A DNA stretch of 64,000 nucleotides, from the NCBI GenBank assembly GCA_965153355.1, contig OZ231126.1, forward strand, positions 23,746,001 to 23,810,000, given 5' to 3'. Of the stretch, positions 1 to 12,084 are shown piece after piece. The notes under the pieces are model-generated. The model saw only the letters and a program-made list of their open reading frames with translations, ran no database searches and had not been told where the DNA came from. This DNA comes from Flaccisagitta enflata. Lineage: Eukaryota. A program made the translations under genes and the position numbers. Each line of letters opens with the position of its first letter. The stretch's first letter is position 1.

Positions 1-398
1 CTGAGAATGTAGGCGAGAGTGTCTGAGAGTGTGGGCAAGAGTATCTGAGAGTGTAGGCGTGAGTAACTGAGAGCGAGGGCGAGAGTATCTGAGAGTGAGG
101 GCGAGAGTATTTGAGAGTGTAGGCGAGAGTGTCTGAGAGCAGAGGCGAGAGTGTCTGAGAGTGTAGGCGAGAGTATGTGAGAGTGTAGGCGAGAGTATGT
201 AGGAGTGTAGGCAAGAGTATCTGAGAGTGTAGGCGAGAGTATCTGAGAGTGTGGGTGAGAGTATCTGAGAGTGTAGGCGAGAGTATCTGAGAGTGTAGGC
301 GAGAGTATCTGATAGTGTAGGCGAGCGTGTCTGAGAGCAGAGGCGAGAGTGTCTTAGAGTATAGGCGAGCTTGTCTGAGAGCAGAGGCGAGAGTGTCT
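1..398. repeat. 22-bp minisatellite (consensus ctgagagtgtaggcgagagtat), truncated by the window start
   Basis: About 18 tandem, slightly diverged units read directly. Confidence 0.95.
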
Positions 399-548
399 GG
401 GAGCGACTTCTAGCTGTTGAAGCATTTGGGTCGATACAATTTCAAATTCTCGTTTGATCCGTGACCGAAATAATTGACCCTGAATCTCGAAGGGCGATAC
501 GCATTGTAAATGCTCTCTGTCTGTCGCCCCGCCTTCACATCCGTCAGC

Positions 549-657
<109 letters not shown>

Positions 658-801
658 CGTGATCCAGTTTATTTGTCTGTAAGGGTATCTGTATGCAATC
701 GGTTTCTTTATCTCCATCTCCGTCTCGGTCTTAATTTCTGTCAGTCTTCGTTTTTCTTCATTCCCACCTCTCTCTGTCTATCTGTCTGTGTTTCTGTCTA
801 C

Positions 802-811
802 NNNNNNNNNN
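802..811. other. Assembly gap (10 N)
   Basis: Run of n characters. Confidence 1.
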
Positions 812-3018
812 AGACCGCCAGTTAAATACTGAGTGGTACCACGCCCAGGTGCTGTTCAATTTAACTACCGGTACGCAGCATGGCGTGGAAAGCGCCGCCA
901 TTCACTGAGGAGCGTATTCCACCATCACATCCTCATCCCATCGATGAACAGGCCGGCCAAGTCCAGGAAGCTGCTACCTACCGAGGGCGTGGAATGACGT
1001 CCGCCCAGGGCCTGGCGGCAACGCCCACGGCGGCATTCTCATGGTTTAGGAAGGGTTGAAGTTGAGTTTTTGTTGTAAAGTGAATCTGTGTACGATAAGA
1101 ACTTTACTAATCAATCTGCCCCTATTCTTTCTTTTTCCTTTGTCTTCCCCTAGAAGATTCCTCTCAGGCAGCTGCACCACCTGCACCTTCCGATGCGGTC
1201 TGCCGTTGACATGACATCATTCATAACCTTTCGCCACGAGTTGGCAGAGATATTTAAGAACCCCGGAATGACCTTTGTTCTCTATATTGAAAGCCACTTG
1301 AGTAAATATTAGTAGATCCATAATCTTACTAATTTTCTTTGTTTTTCCAGCAGTCTTTTTTATATAGTTAGTAATTTATTTAATTTTGTCTTGTTTTGTT
1401 TGGTTCCTTGGAGCATGTACATTTTTGTTGTGTTTGTTTTGTTATAGTGTTTAGTCATTGTACAGATACTTTCGTATGATATGTTTTTAGTAGTATGCCC
1501 CTACTTATTATTTTCCACTCTCAAGTCAAGTCCCAGGCTTGGAGTGCTCCAAGGCCCGTTCCCCCTTTCCCCCCTTTCCCCTTAACTTTTTACAGAACAT
1601 GCCTCAACCTCGTCGCCTCTCGTTTCCATCAGCGTCATCGTTGATGGGTGAAAAATTTGCTGGTGGCCAGATCCCTTTCCAGGCCGAGTCATCATTGATA
1701 CGGTCGCGTCGATCTGTTGATAGCAGGTGGGGATGGCGGTGGAGCCAGGGAGGCGAGGCTGTGTCTGTGTAAATTTTTTTAGGGAAAGGTATTATCGGTT
1801 TTTTAGTAGGGTTTCCCATGGAAGCTAGATGTCGGATTGCAAGTGACAGGAGGTATGGGGGCAGAATATTAGAAAATATATGTCCGTCCGTTTTATTAAG
1901 TATGTGTGCTTTTGTTTCTTTTGCGTGCTTTTGGCTTTTCTTCCTTTCCTTTTATTCAATGCCAGCGTCTTTTGTTTCTTGCCACTTTTTATATAAAACG
2001 CTAGATAGGTAACCATATGTTTACGCCTTGTATTTTGTGCCATTTGTTTTTATTCCGTGAAGCAAACATACGTACCTCGTCTTTAAATATCATCAATTTT
2101 GATTGATTGTTTTATTCTGGCATTGTCCTAAGTGATTGAGATTGATTTTCGTGATTGATTAGATATTGCCCTTAAGAATTCACTAATTTCAATAATCTCT
2201 CATCTTTTTATTGCTGATAAACTTATGAACGGACAAGTAGCGTTAGTTGACATCGACAGACTGTGGGTTGAAACCAGCAAAAGTGATACTAAAAGTAAGT
2301 TTTATAGCCGTGTCTTTACTTTTATTAACGTTGTTTTTATCTTGTCTTCGGGTCATGTTATTCTTGTCTTTTGCATTTTGCATTTTTATCGCCGGATTTA
2401 AATATCATTTTTATCGCTTGCCCGATCAGCTTGCTATAGGATTATTCCTGGAATGAAATTCAATGGGGATGGGCCGGGGCAGGGGCAGGTATTATCAGGT
2501 GGCATGGGCTCTGAAGAAGATGAACATGTTGTCATGTGCTGTTTCTGTCCTTTATTGTGTCCTGTCTCGATTTCATGTTATCTTTTGCGTTTGCTGATCA
2601 CCATTAACGCCCACTTTCCCTTTCATTTTTCCCCCTCTCTTCAGTTGTTGAAATTTTTATGGAATAAACGAGACGATCGCCTTCCTATTTTCCAATCGGC
2701 CAACTTTCTTTCACCACAAGTCGTCAGTCAGATAGACGCTCATAGACAGTGCCAGTTGAAACTCGTGGGCGTAACTTATAAGGAGGTTGAGAGGTTACAT
2801 GGGCTATGTCACATGGCATGATGGCCATGCGTGGTAGAAGAAAACGAAGAAGAAGAAGAGGAAAAACAAGATGAAGAAGAAGAAGAAGAAGAAAAAGAAG
2901 AAAGTAAAAGTAAAAGTAAAAGTAAAAGTAAAAGTAAAAGAAGAAGATGAAGGAAAGGAGTTGGGTTAGCGCGAAGAAACTAGGAACAGGCAACCCATAG
3001 AATGCAACTTGTGAGATA

Positions 3019-3789
3019 CAGTATGATTTTTCTCAACTGCAACAAAAGATGAGGACATAACGCAAAAACTAGAAGAGCTAGCCAAATTCTGAAAGAAGCT
3101 CCTGAAAGATGAGAGTTTGCAGTTTTTTGTTGGGAAATTTCGAGAACTTATTCTTTATATTTGTTCTCTGTTAGAAATTTTGAATTGAAGGGCATATTCT
3201 GCAAAAAAGGCGATTTTATTATGATGTTAGTTGCATTGCCTTTTCTTAGAATGCTCTTATTCTTAAATCGTTTTAGCTACTGATCCCTGATTGGTCTCAA
3301 ATGAATGATATTTTGATGTAGTTTAATGAGGAAAAAAGATAAAGAGATATTTTCAAAGAGATATCATGGCAGGCATAAATGTTTCAGTTATTCTCGGGAA
3401 ATTCTTTTTGCAGAATTGACTTTCACTTCACCAATTGCATTCAAGACCTAAAATAAGTATGTCTGTTGATTTTTGACTACTTCAAAATATCTTTCATTCG
3501 AGACCAATCTGGCATCTGTAACTCAAATTGTTTAGAAATGAGAGCAATTTGAAGAAAAACAGTTCAACCAATATCTTTACAATTTTCCTTAATTTTTAAA
3601 TTTGCAGAATTTCATTAACAATGGCACAAGTATCAGGAAGATCATATTTTTTTTCAGAAAATCCTTGAAATCTTTCAGCGATAAACTGCAAACTCACATC
3701 TTGTAGGGGGTTCTTTCAGAATTTGGCTAGCTCGTCTAGTTTTTGCGTAATGTCCTCATCTTTTGTTGCAGTTGAGAAAAATCATACTG
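3019..3789. mobile_element. Tc1/mariner-type non-autonomous foldback MITE
   Basis: TA|CAGTATGATTTTTCTCAACTGCAACAAAAGATGAGGACA... matches ...TGTCCTCATCTTTTGTTGCAGTTGAGAAAAATCATACTG|TA. The TIRs exceed 100 bp, and the inner segments (~3245-3325 vs ~3476-3558) are also inverted. Confidence 0.92.
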
Positions 3790-3896
3790 TAATGCCGTGA
3801 CTTAAGACGAGGAGGTAACCATAAACATAGAAGAAGAATAGTAAGAAAATGGCAACAATGAGAATGTCAAAGAACTTTTACTCTTCTTGAAAGGAG

Positions 3897-4047
3897 AACA
3901 AGGCCGGATACACGGCAACACAGTCGCGGACGGTTGGGCAGGAGTCGTAATGCGAAAACCGCTCGCAATTTAACAATATTTCTTATCTACCGACCTACCG
4001 ACCTACCGACACGGCAAGTTCTAGAGTCGCGTGTCCGCGACTAAAAA
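3897..4047 (-). mobile_element. HINE family 1 copy (Helentron-associated, DINE-1/pearl-like)
   Basis: aacaaggccggatacacggc stem-loop end, (CCGA)n tract, agtcgcgtgtccgcgact hairpin end followed by an A-tract. Confidence 0.8.
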
Positions 4048-4368
4048 GAAAGAGCACCAAAAAGAAATAATGAAGAGTGAAGCAGAAGAAGGAGACGAAA
4101 AAGAATCGAAAATGTCTGGCCAAAAGACGAAATGATTTACTGGCTTCTAAGTCGCTCCTCCTTTGATGATTAAATCTGAAAGAAAAAAAAAAAAAAAAAC
4201 GGAAAAAGGAAGGAAAAAAAAAAGAAACGAAAAAAGGAACGAAAAAAGGAACGAAGGAAAAAAAGGGAAAAGATTGAAAAGAAAAGAATTAAAGAATGAA
4301 AGAAAACGAATAAGCTTAACTTTGAAGGAGCAAAAAAGACACCGAAAGCCGACTCAAAGTGGGTAAAA

Positions 4369-4528
4369 AAACAAGGCCGGATATACGGCAAGACAGTCGC
4401 GAACGGTTGGGCAGGAGCAGTAATGCAAAAAATGCCCGGAATTAAAAAATGTGACGGACCGACCTACCGACCGACCGACCTACCGACCGACACGGCAAGG
4501 TGTAGAGTCCTGAGTCCGCGACTAAAAA
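4369..4528 (-). mobile_element. HINE family 1 copy
   Basis: Same termini and (CCGA)n core as 3897-4047. Confidence 0.8.
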
Positions 4529-5264
4529 CGAGACTGAGACTGAATGCCCTAAGGCTAAAGGGGAAATATTGGTGACGAGTTTGGTTCTGTCAGTCGCTGT
4601 TTCAAAGATAACCTGGACTATGTATTAGAATGACGATTCCACGCCGGACGAAACTGCACCCTGTCCTACAGTTCGCGACGGATTGTCGGTTGGCTGAGTG
4701 CCGCTTTTTCAGTCCGTCGGTAAGTTGGCAAATTACATCTATGTGTAACGAGCTTCTTGTACCTCATTCAACATCGTAGACTCAGCAGCCCCACATCTGA
4801 AGTGGACTTGTCAACTGAAAAGTGACAGTTTGTGTGAAGATAGTATAGACATAACAGTACTTCCGGCACACTTACGACAATGTTTCCGACAGCAGTACCA
4901 AAAGAAACATAAAGTTCCGTTAAACCTGAAAGGGAAGGATTGGTGGATTAACGGACGGAAAAATAGAAACAGAAACCCCCTTACTTTTTACGTCCAACAA
5001 CGCACGTCAATAAGAGGCTTTGTCCGTTGGTCGGTCGGTAGATCGGTCGAGTAGTCGATCGGTCGGTAACGCATTCGTAAAACGATCAACACTGCGCAAG
5101 TACTTCGCCTACTTAGCCTTGTTACATGATTCTGTCTGATGGGAAAACATCAATTATCATCAGTTGTTAATCAAACTTTGCCTCTTACAAACCGTCATCA
5201 TCGTATACAAGCAGAGTCGAATTCACAAACTTCTCTTAAAATCAACTTGCCGCTGTTCCTTTAC

Positions 5265-5386
5265 CTTACTTTCTCCGGCATCTGGGTACCGGTTTCTTCC
5301 GGCTCCTTCTTGTTATCGGCGTTCTCGGCGTCAGTTTTCAGGGACCCCATTTTCTTTGAGGGCTTCAATGTCATAACCTCAAATTC
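5265..5386 (-). CDS. Candidate internal exon of an unknown protein ([40 protein letters not shown])
   Basis: Branch point CACTAAC, pyrimidine tract and AG upstream; open hydrophilic frame; donors GTAAGG (5269) or GTAAAG (5264). The second donor joins in frame to a 34-nt exon at 4763-4796 (RCGAAESTMLNE). Confidence 0.4.
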
Positions 5387-5414
5387 CTCGGAGAGACAGA
5401 GAGAGCGAGTTAGT

Positions 5415-6008
<594 letters not shown>

Positions 6009-6695
6009 CTAATTGTGTGTGTGACTATCTGTGCATATGTTCCCACATTCGTGTCAGCATAATTTTGTCTGTCGGTGTCTCTGTCTGTCTGTCTATCTGT
6101 TGATTTTCATAGTCGTCAATGAGAAGCAAAAACATGATGATGTTTGTGTTCATGTCGCCTTTCATATCTCAATGAGAAGGGAATCAAAGACCAGGGAAGG
6201 GGGGGGGGTCAAAGAAATCAAAAGCCGTTCAACTTAATAAACCCCTGCTTACATCTATAACTCATTATGTCGGTTGGTTCGTCGGACGGTCCGTCCGTAA
6301 CGCTTTGCTTTTCCGAAGTTTGCAGGCGTTTTATCCATCACTGTCCCTTTGAAAATGAGGTAAGCTCCGACTAAAATTACAATTAGGATAAAATCGAAAT
6401 TCATTCTAACGAAATCCAAGGGAACAACAACATATTCTTTATAGACAGTTGTCTTTATAGCCAAGAAATATTCTTTGTAGCCAACATACCAAGTTAAAAA
6501 AATCTTTGAGGGGACTTAACATTTGTTTCTTTATTTTACAAGCAAAATTTGGTTACAGGCGTGTTCGTTTGAACGTTATTCTACTGTATATGGTTAGCTT
6601 ATTTCAGTGATGCCCCAGATTGAGAGCAGTGAAACGATGAAACGGGAGATGGGCAAATAGCTCAATCAACGAGGATGTCAACTAACTAATGATGT

Positions 6696-6866
6696 GCGCT
6701 TGTTTTTGTTGCAATTCAACACCGCATTCCTACCTTGATCTAACATCAGCCTTCACCTACCCCAACGGCCCTACCTCATCCCCATCCCCACACCTAATCC
6801 TAATGTTATTCCTACCTGTAACCCACCGCGCGAATGTATCGTTTGGGCGACAAAACAAAAGCGCAG
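6696..6866. mobile_element. Short TIR element with a degenerate (CCCTAA)-like internal array
   Basis: tgcgcttgtttttgttgc vs gcgacaaaacaaaagcgca; internal cctacc/cctaat/ccccat hexamers. Confidence 0.5.
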
Positions 6867-7325
6867 ATTCGGCCTGTGCATATTTTCTCTGTTCTGTTCT
6901 TCTGTTTGTTTGATTTTGTACCACGCAATTTTTATTGTGTGAATAAATAATAAAAAGAATTACATGTTCGTCATTTTTCCTCCGTGACCTGCAAGCCCAA
7001 GTGCTTCATTGGTTTATTAATTAGTTGTGTAGTTCCTTTAAGTCACTTGCACGCTTCGCACATTGGTCGGTCGGTCGGTCGGTTGGTTAGTTTGTCCGTC
7101 GGTCCGTTGGTCCATAACATTTTTTAGATCGCTATGAATAGTAAACGTAGAGTAGTGCAATCATGTTGTTATGTCATTGTGTAGTAGTATGTTTATTTGT
7201 GATAAGGAGCATGCGACTGTTTCCCTGTTGGGTTTGTTTAATCAAGGTTTGTTGGTTGGCTGGTTTAATGGTTGGTTCGGTCGTAGCTTTATGAAGCTTA
7301 CAGATTCCCCACTAATTTTTTTCAG

Positions 7326-7504
7326 TTTATTCTGGAGACTTTCCACGCCCGGATGACATTTACCCTACATATTCACACAACACGAGCATACCCTTTTGTG
7401 CAAGCAAACCGACGTGCACAAGCATACCCACACAAAATAAATCTCAACGTCTTGGACAGAGGAAATCTCAACTTCTTGAGCCAAAGAACATTTACCCAGA
7501 TTAA
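7326..7504 (+). CDS. Candidate terminal exon (YSGDFPRPDDIYPTY...KNIYPD*)
   Basis: CACTAAT, T-tract and CAG acceptor at 7323-7325; 58 open codons to TAA; no recognisable domain. Confidence 0.25.
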
Positions 7505-7585
7505 GCTCATAAATTCTTTTATTCGGTGGACTAACATAACTTCCCACACGATCGCACGCGGGAAGGAGAAAAATAGAGATGATGT

Positions 7586-7671
<86 letters not shown>

Positions 7672-7882
7672 TCCGGTTCTCTGCAACGGATGAGGGTTGA
7701 CAATGACGATGACAACCATGATGACAATGATGTGGCGATTATGGTCATACTCGAGATTTTTACGACAACATTTGATATTGTTATGGTCCTTCCCCCGTTC
7801 GGGACTATTTTTTTTCAAATGTGGTTTTTGAATTGCAGCAGGGTGATGGAGAGAATATTTCTATTCATCTCTCTTACTTTCA

Positions 7883-7915
<33 letters not shown>

Positions 7916-8002
7916 CTCTCCTTCCTCACCTTTTGTTCTCACCTCTACACTATCTTGCATTATTTGCAAAATTGTGATATTCAAACTGCAATCAAACACA
8001 AT

Positions 8003-9119
8003 ATATAGAGGGTGTATCTCCCCACAGCTAAAGCGCCCAACAGCTAAAATTTTTTCATGCCGGATTGGCCCAAGAGCTAAAATATTTTTTTAGCTTTGGG
8101 GCCAATTTTGAAGCATTTCATTTCTAAAAAATTGTCAGAAGAAGTGGCCTGATGTCTAAAATTTTTATCAGTGATTGGCCAAAGTTCTAAAAAAAGAGGG
8201 AAGAAGAGAATGATAAGAGGGAACAAATAAGGTCTAAAGCCACATTTAAAACAATACACAAATCAAGTCTCATCCCTTTACACATGTTTTATTTGCAGTT
8301 GGAGTTCATTTCAAGGGATCATGCAAATCTATACCCTTTAGTGAACCTGTTCTTTTTCAATCTGAAAGAAAAAACAATTATGAAACCTCTTAAAGAACAG
8401 CAACTAGTATACCTTATAGGCAGGCATATCGTAATAGCAGGTGCACAACAGTTCCCAAGTATATCAATTCATAGTATTTAAAATATGATTTTTTTTTCAA
8501 AAAGAAAAAAGATGACAACATAATTCTAGAACAAAAAAAGGTATTGAATTCTGAAAAAAAAAAAACGCCAAAAAGAGTATGTTTTGGCATTTATGTGTTC
8601 CAAATTTTAGCTTACGGTGACAATTAGTTTGGCTTCAATCTACATTTGAAGTAAAGTTATCAATTTTATCTACTACCTATGCTCTATACTCTTTCTATGC
8701 TCCTATTTTCTCCTTAAATTTATTGAAATCATTGAAAGTTCTTATATTTTTTCTAAAAGAAGACCTATTAACCAAAACATGCCATGAATATGAAATATTT
8801 GATAGCAGGTTATGTTTTCCCTATCTCACAAGTTCAAATTAGTTAAAAAGTAGGATAAGATAACAATTTTTTTTAATGATCTTTGTTTTTATCTTTTTCT
8901 CATATTTGTTTTTCATATCTGTTTCTCAATGCCTTCCTCTTTTTAGACATCAGGCGTTTTTTTTTTAGCTGTTGGGCGCATTTAGATTTTCAAACTAAAC
9001 CAAAACTTTAAGTTCCAAATTGGCCTCATGTCTAAAATTTTTTTTAGAACTCAGGCAAAAATCATTTTTAGACATCAGGCCACTGGAATATTTTAGCTTT
9101 CAGGCGCTTCCCCCTATAT
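8003..9119. mobile_element. Degenerate DNA-transposon-like element with inverted subterminal motifs
   Basis: aagcgcccaacagctaaaa and ggcctgatgtctaaaa at left; ttagctgttgggcgc, tagacatcaggc and ttagctttcaggcgctt at right; TA-rich flanks. Confidence 0.55.
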
Positions 9120-9504
9120 AGAGAGTCTAATCTGCGCTTGATTTCAAGAGTCCTCATGAACTGTACGTGAGACAACCTAAAAATGTTATACTGAAATCAC
9201 ATGAATCCTTTCGTCCAATCAACAGCACGTAATTCATCGATTTTTACTTAACAGTTAGCGGACAAAACATAATAGGTGTATATATCATACAACTAGAGGA
9301 CAAAATCATACCCGGCTATAATATTACAAAATTGTAGCTTTACAGCTGGCTGTAATTCTAACAACAAGTCGTTGCATACAATTTTGTTTATTACAGCTTA
9401 CTGTAATTTGAGTAACTGATCATTGCATACAATATTTTTTTTATGCTAGATCAAAGTCAATGGTATGATACATATACCTTTAGTGTTTTGTCCACTGACT
9501 GTTA

Positions 9505-9767
9505 ATGGAAGAAGATAATATTCTTATCTTCATTTCTTCAACGCTCATTCTCGACAAAATCACCGCGAGTGGCGGAAGTAACGCTGCTGCCGACGACGAC
9601 GACGGCGGCGACGACAAAGGCGTTTGCGACGTCGCTGACGATTCACGACGATACCAGCGGCTGTACTTCCAGTTCAAAGAGTACAAGCGTAGATTGCGTG
9701 AGGACATTTACCACGGAAACATTCAAGAGTCATCGTTACCACCGAATTTGCGGAACCTGCATGGGAT
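9505..9767 (+). pseudogene. Exon-like segment of a WD40-like (possibly F-box/WD40) gene
   Basis: GC-rich open frame ...RRYQRLYFQFKEYKRRLREDIYHGNIQESSLPPNLRNLHG ending at a GTAAGT donor (9768). By my judgement, not a search, it resembles the helical linker preceding the propeller in F-box/WD40 proteins. The 5' boundary is uncertain. Confidence 0.5.
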
Positions 9768-9915
9768 GTAAGTAGGAAGCGTTTGCAGACAAAAATTTGA
9801 TGAGGCCTTGGGATAAACAAGCGTCCATAATTCCTATATGAATCTTTAAACATGGCTTTGACTCTATGTACAATTTTGTCCAGCCATCTTGAATGCTGCG
9901 AGGCATAACTGTACC

Positions 9916-10750
9916 CTTTTTAGTCGCGGAAACGCAACTCTATAACAGGGTGAGCAAAAAAACTCGTACTCGCCATCAAATCTACAAAAAAAATGCCTGG
10001 ATTAAGAGATCTTCTTTAAATTTGATATTCATAGTTAAAATTGAGGTTATCTTTTATACTTTAGCTGAGGAAAAAGGATGGATGATAGACAGCAGATTGC
10101 ATTTCTAGGCCAACAGGAACATAAGAATAAGGTTACAAAAGATTTCTTTATTTCATGATTAAATATTTATCTCTTGTTTAAATTTGATTTGTAAACCATT
10201 TCTGTTGACTGAAACCACTCTTAGTTGATAAAACCAACTTCCCATGATGCATTTCTTCCAAAAAAATGTTTCAAGGGCCCAATAAAGTTGCAAAATCCTG
10301 CATTTTTGAATAGACACTGCTCTGCAAATAAAATCATGTCAAAATCTGAATTTCTGTTGATGTGGCACATGATGTGGCTATGTATGGAAATTCTATCAGC
10401 AGTTCTTAGTTTTTACTTTTAGTATGACCAACTGAGATACTCCGGTTCAAATTTGAGCTCATAACTCCTATAACTAGTATGGTTTTCAAGCTATAGACTG
10501 AGTACTAAAGTTTTTGCACACCCTGTTAGGAGGCTTTGTCCATCTGTTAGTCCGTCCATCTGTGGTCTGCTGGTCCATCGCTGGTCCGTCCGTTGATCCA
10601 TCGATCCGTGGTGATCGAGTGGAAAGGTAGAAAAATTAGCGTTTTAGATACAGTTTGTGTATGGGGGGTTAGAAATAGGGGTGTGGATGGGGGTTTGGAT
10701 GCCCCTGCCCACCCATCTACTCCGATATGTTCACCCCGCGTCACTCGTTT
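9916..10750 (+). mobile_element. HINE family 1 (subfamily b) copy split by a nested MITE
   Basis: tttttagtcgcggaaacgcaactctata|...|ggaggctttgtcc, (GTCC)n-like tract, cccctgcccaccc, 3' end caccccgcgtcactcgttt. Confidence 0.8.
9945..10526. mobile_element. Tc1/mariner-type MITE nested in a HINE
   Basis: TA|ACAGGGTGAGCAAAAA...TTTTTGCACACCCTGT|TA; removing it restores the HINE sequence ctctata-gaggctttgtcc. Confidence 0.88.
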
Positions 10751-10762
10751 ATTAACCATCAG

Positions 10763-10869
10763 TTGAAATGCGAATCGAGGGAGGGCAATGATTTGGTCGT
10801 GATCGATGTGAGTTACGAATCGGAATACAGATTACAGTGCAAATGCTAAACGCCATTCATGCGACATCA
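10763..10869 (+). pseudogene. Exon-like segment(s) of the WD40-like gene (LKCESREGNDLVVID / ITVQMLNAIHATS)
   Basis: CAG acceptor at 10760-10762; phase-0 donors GTGAGT (10808) and GTAAGC (10870), both compatible with the phase-0 acceptor before 13659. Confidence 0.4.
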
Positions 10870-11136
10870 GTAAGCATTTTGTCTGTCGTTAGTGAAGGAT
10901 AGTAGGCAAATGTCACGGTTCCACAGCATGCTTAGGGGCCCGACTTACTGCCAATCTATATTAGCTCAAGCTTCAGTCACATCATTGCAAATGATATAAA
11001 CGGTTCAAATACATTCATAACTACCCAGTGCACAATTTCAAACCCTTTTTTGTGACCCTCCCTACCCCTAGGGGATCCAAAAATTCAATCAAAGGGCTAT
11101 TTTTGGCGTGTCTCCATTCTGTCTCCATTAGAAAAT

Positions 11137-12084
11137 AGTCGCAAAAGCGTTAGATGGTCAGCGGTACCCGTTGCCCCTATGTGAGTGTATGAGAGTGTGA
11201 GGTGGTGAGAGGGGCAGCGGCCCCAAAGGGGCCGATGACCTATGCTGCTTTTATTTGAGCCTTGAGGCTGGAATTGGGGCCTTGAAGCTGGGATTTGAGC
11301 TTAGAGGCAGGGATTTGAGCCTCTTGGCTGAGATTTGAGTAGCATAACAAAAGTTCATGCAAAGTCATAGGAAAGTTCTCTATCAAAGGAATATGACTCA
11401 AAATCATGTACACAGATAACCCAAAACAAAAATTTGGTCCTGGGACCTCTAGAAAATACCGCCGCCACCCCCTCATATCCCATAGAAAATGTACAGGAAA
11501 AATTTTTTGCCTATATTTTATCATGGGAAAGGGGGCAGGCGGCGGCGCCAATTTATAGGGGTTCCAGGGCTGAATTTTTTTCATGGACCACCTGTAAACA
11601 TGATTTTGGGCCATATCCCTCTGATAGAGAACTTTTCTATGACATCACATTTTTTGTTGTTAAGCTAGATTTTAGCCTCGAGACTGTGATTTGAGCCTTG
11701 AGGTTGGGATTTTAGCCTCAAGGCTGGGATTTGAGCCTAGAGGCTGGGATTTGGGCCTTAAGGCTGGGATTTGGGCCTTGAGGCTGGGATTTGGGCCTTG
11801 AGGCTGGGATTTGGGCCTCGAGGCTGGGATTTGGGCCTCGAGGCTGGGATTTGGGCCTCGGGGCTGGGATTTGGGCCTCGAGGCTGAGTTTTGGGCAACG
11901 AGGCTGAGATTTGGGCCTCGAGGCTGGGATTTGATCCTCGAGGCTAGGATTTGGGACTCGAGGCTGGGATTTGGGTCTTGAGGCTGAAAGCGGGGGGGGG
12001 GACGGAGAAGGAGGAGGAGGAGAAGGAGGAGAAGAAGGAGGAGAAAATTTCTCCTGTGTGAAAGCATAGGTCATCGGCCCAAAA
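11137..12084 (-). mobile_element. HINE family 2 copy carrying a 20-bp tandem array (gaggctgggatttgggcctc)n
   Basis: agtcgcaaaagcg stem-loop end, ggggcagcggccccaaaggggccgatgacctatgct subTIR, 20-bp array, agcataggtcatcggccc end. Homologous to 61562-62252. Confidence 0.8.
11342..11665. mobile_element. Palindromic MITE nested in the HINE2 array
   Basis: gcataacaaaag...gtcataggaaagttctctatcaaaggaatatgactcaaaatcatg is inverted to catgattttgggccatatccctctgatagagaacttttctatgac...ttgttaagc; TA on both sides. Confidence 0.75.

Noticed and set aside
1..398. CRISPR-like periodicity (also considered for 37664-39125 and 61370-62920)
   Set aside because: Whole units repeat with no unique spacers, there are no cas genes, and the context is eukaryotic.
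4569..4670. Short matches to 13637-13700 (aatgacgattcc; TKLHP) and to 26770 (ttggtgacgagttt)
   Set aside because: 12-14-bp matches that do not extend; plausible by chance in 64 kb.
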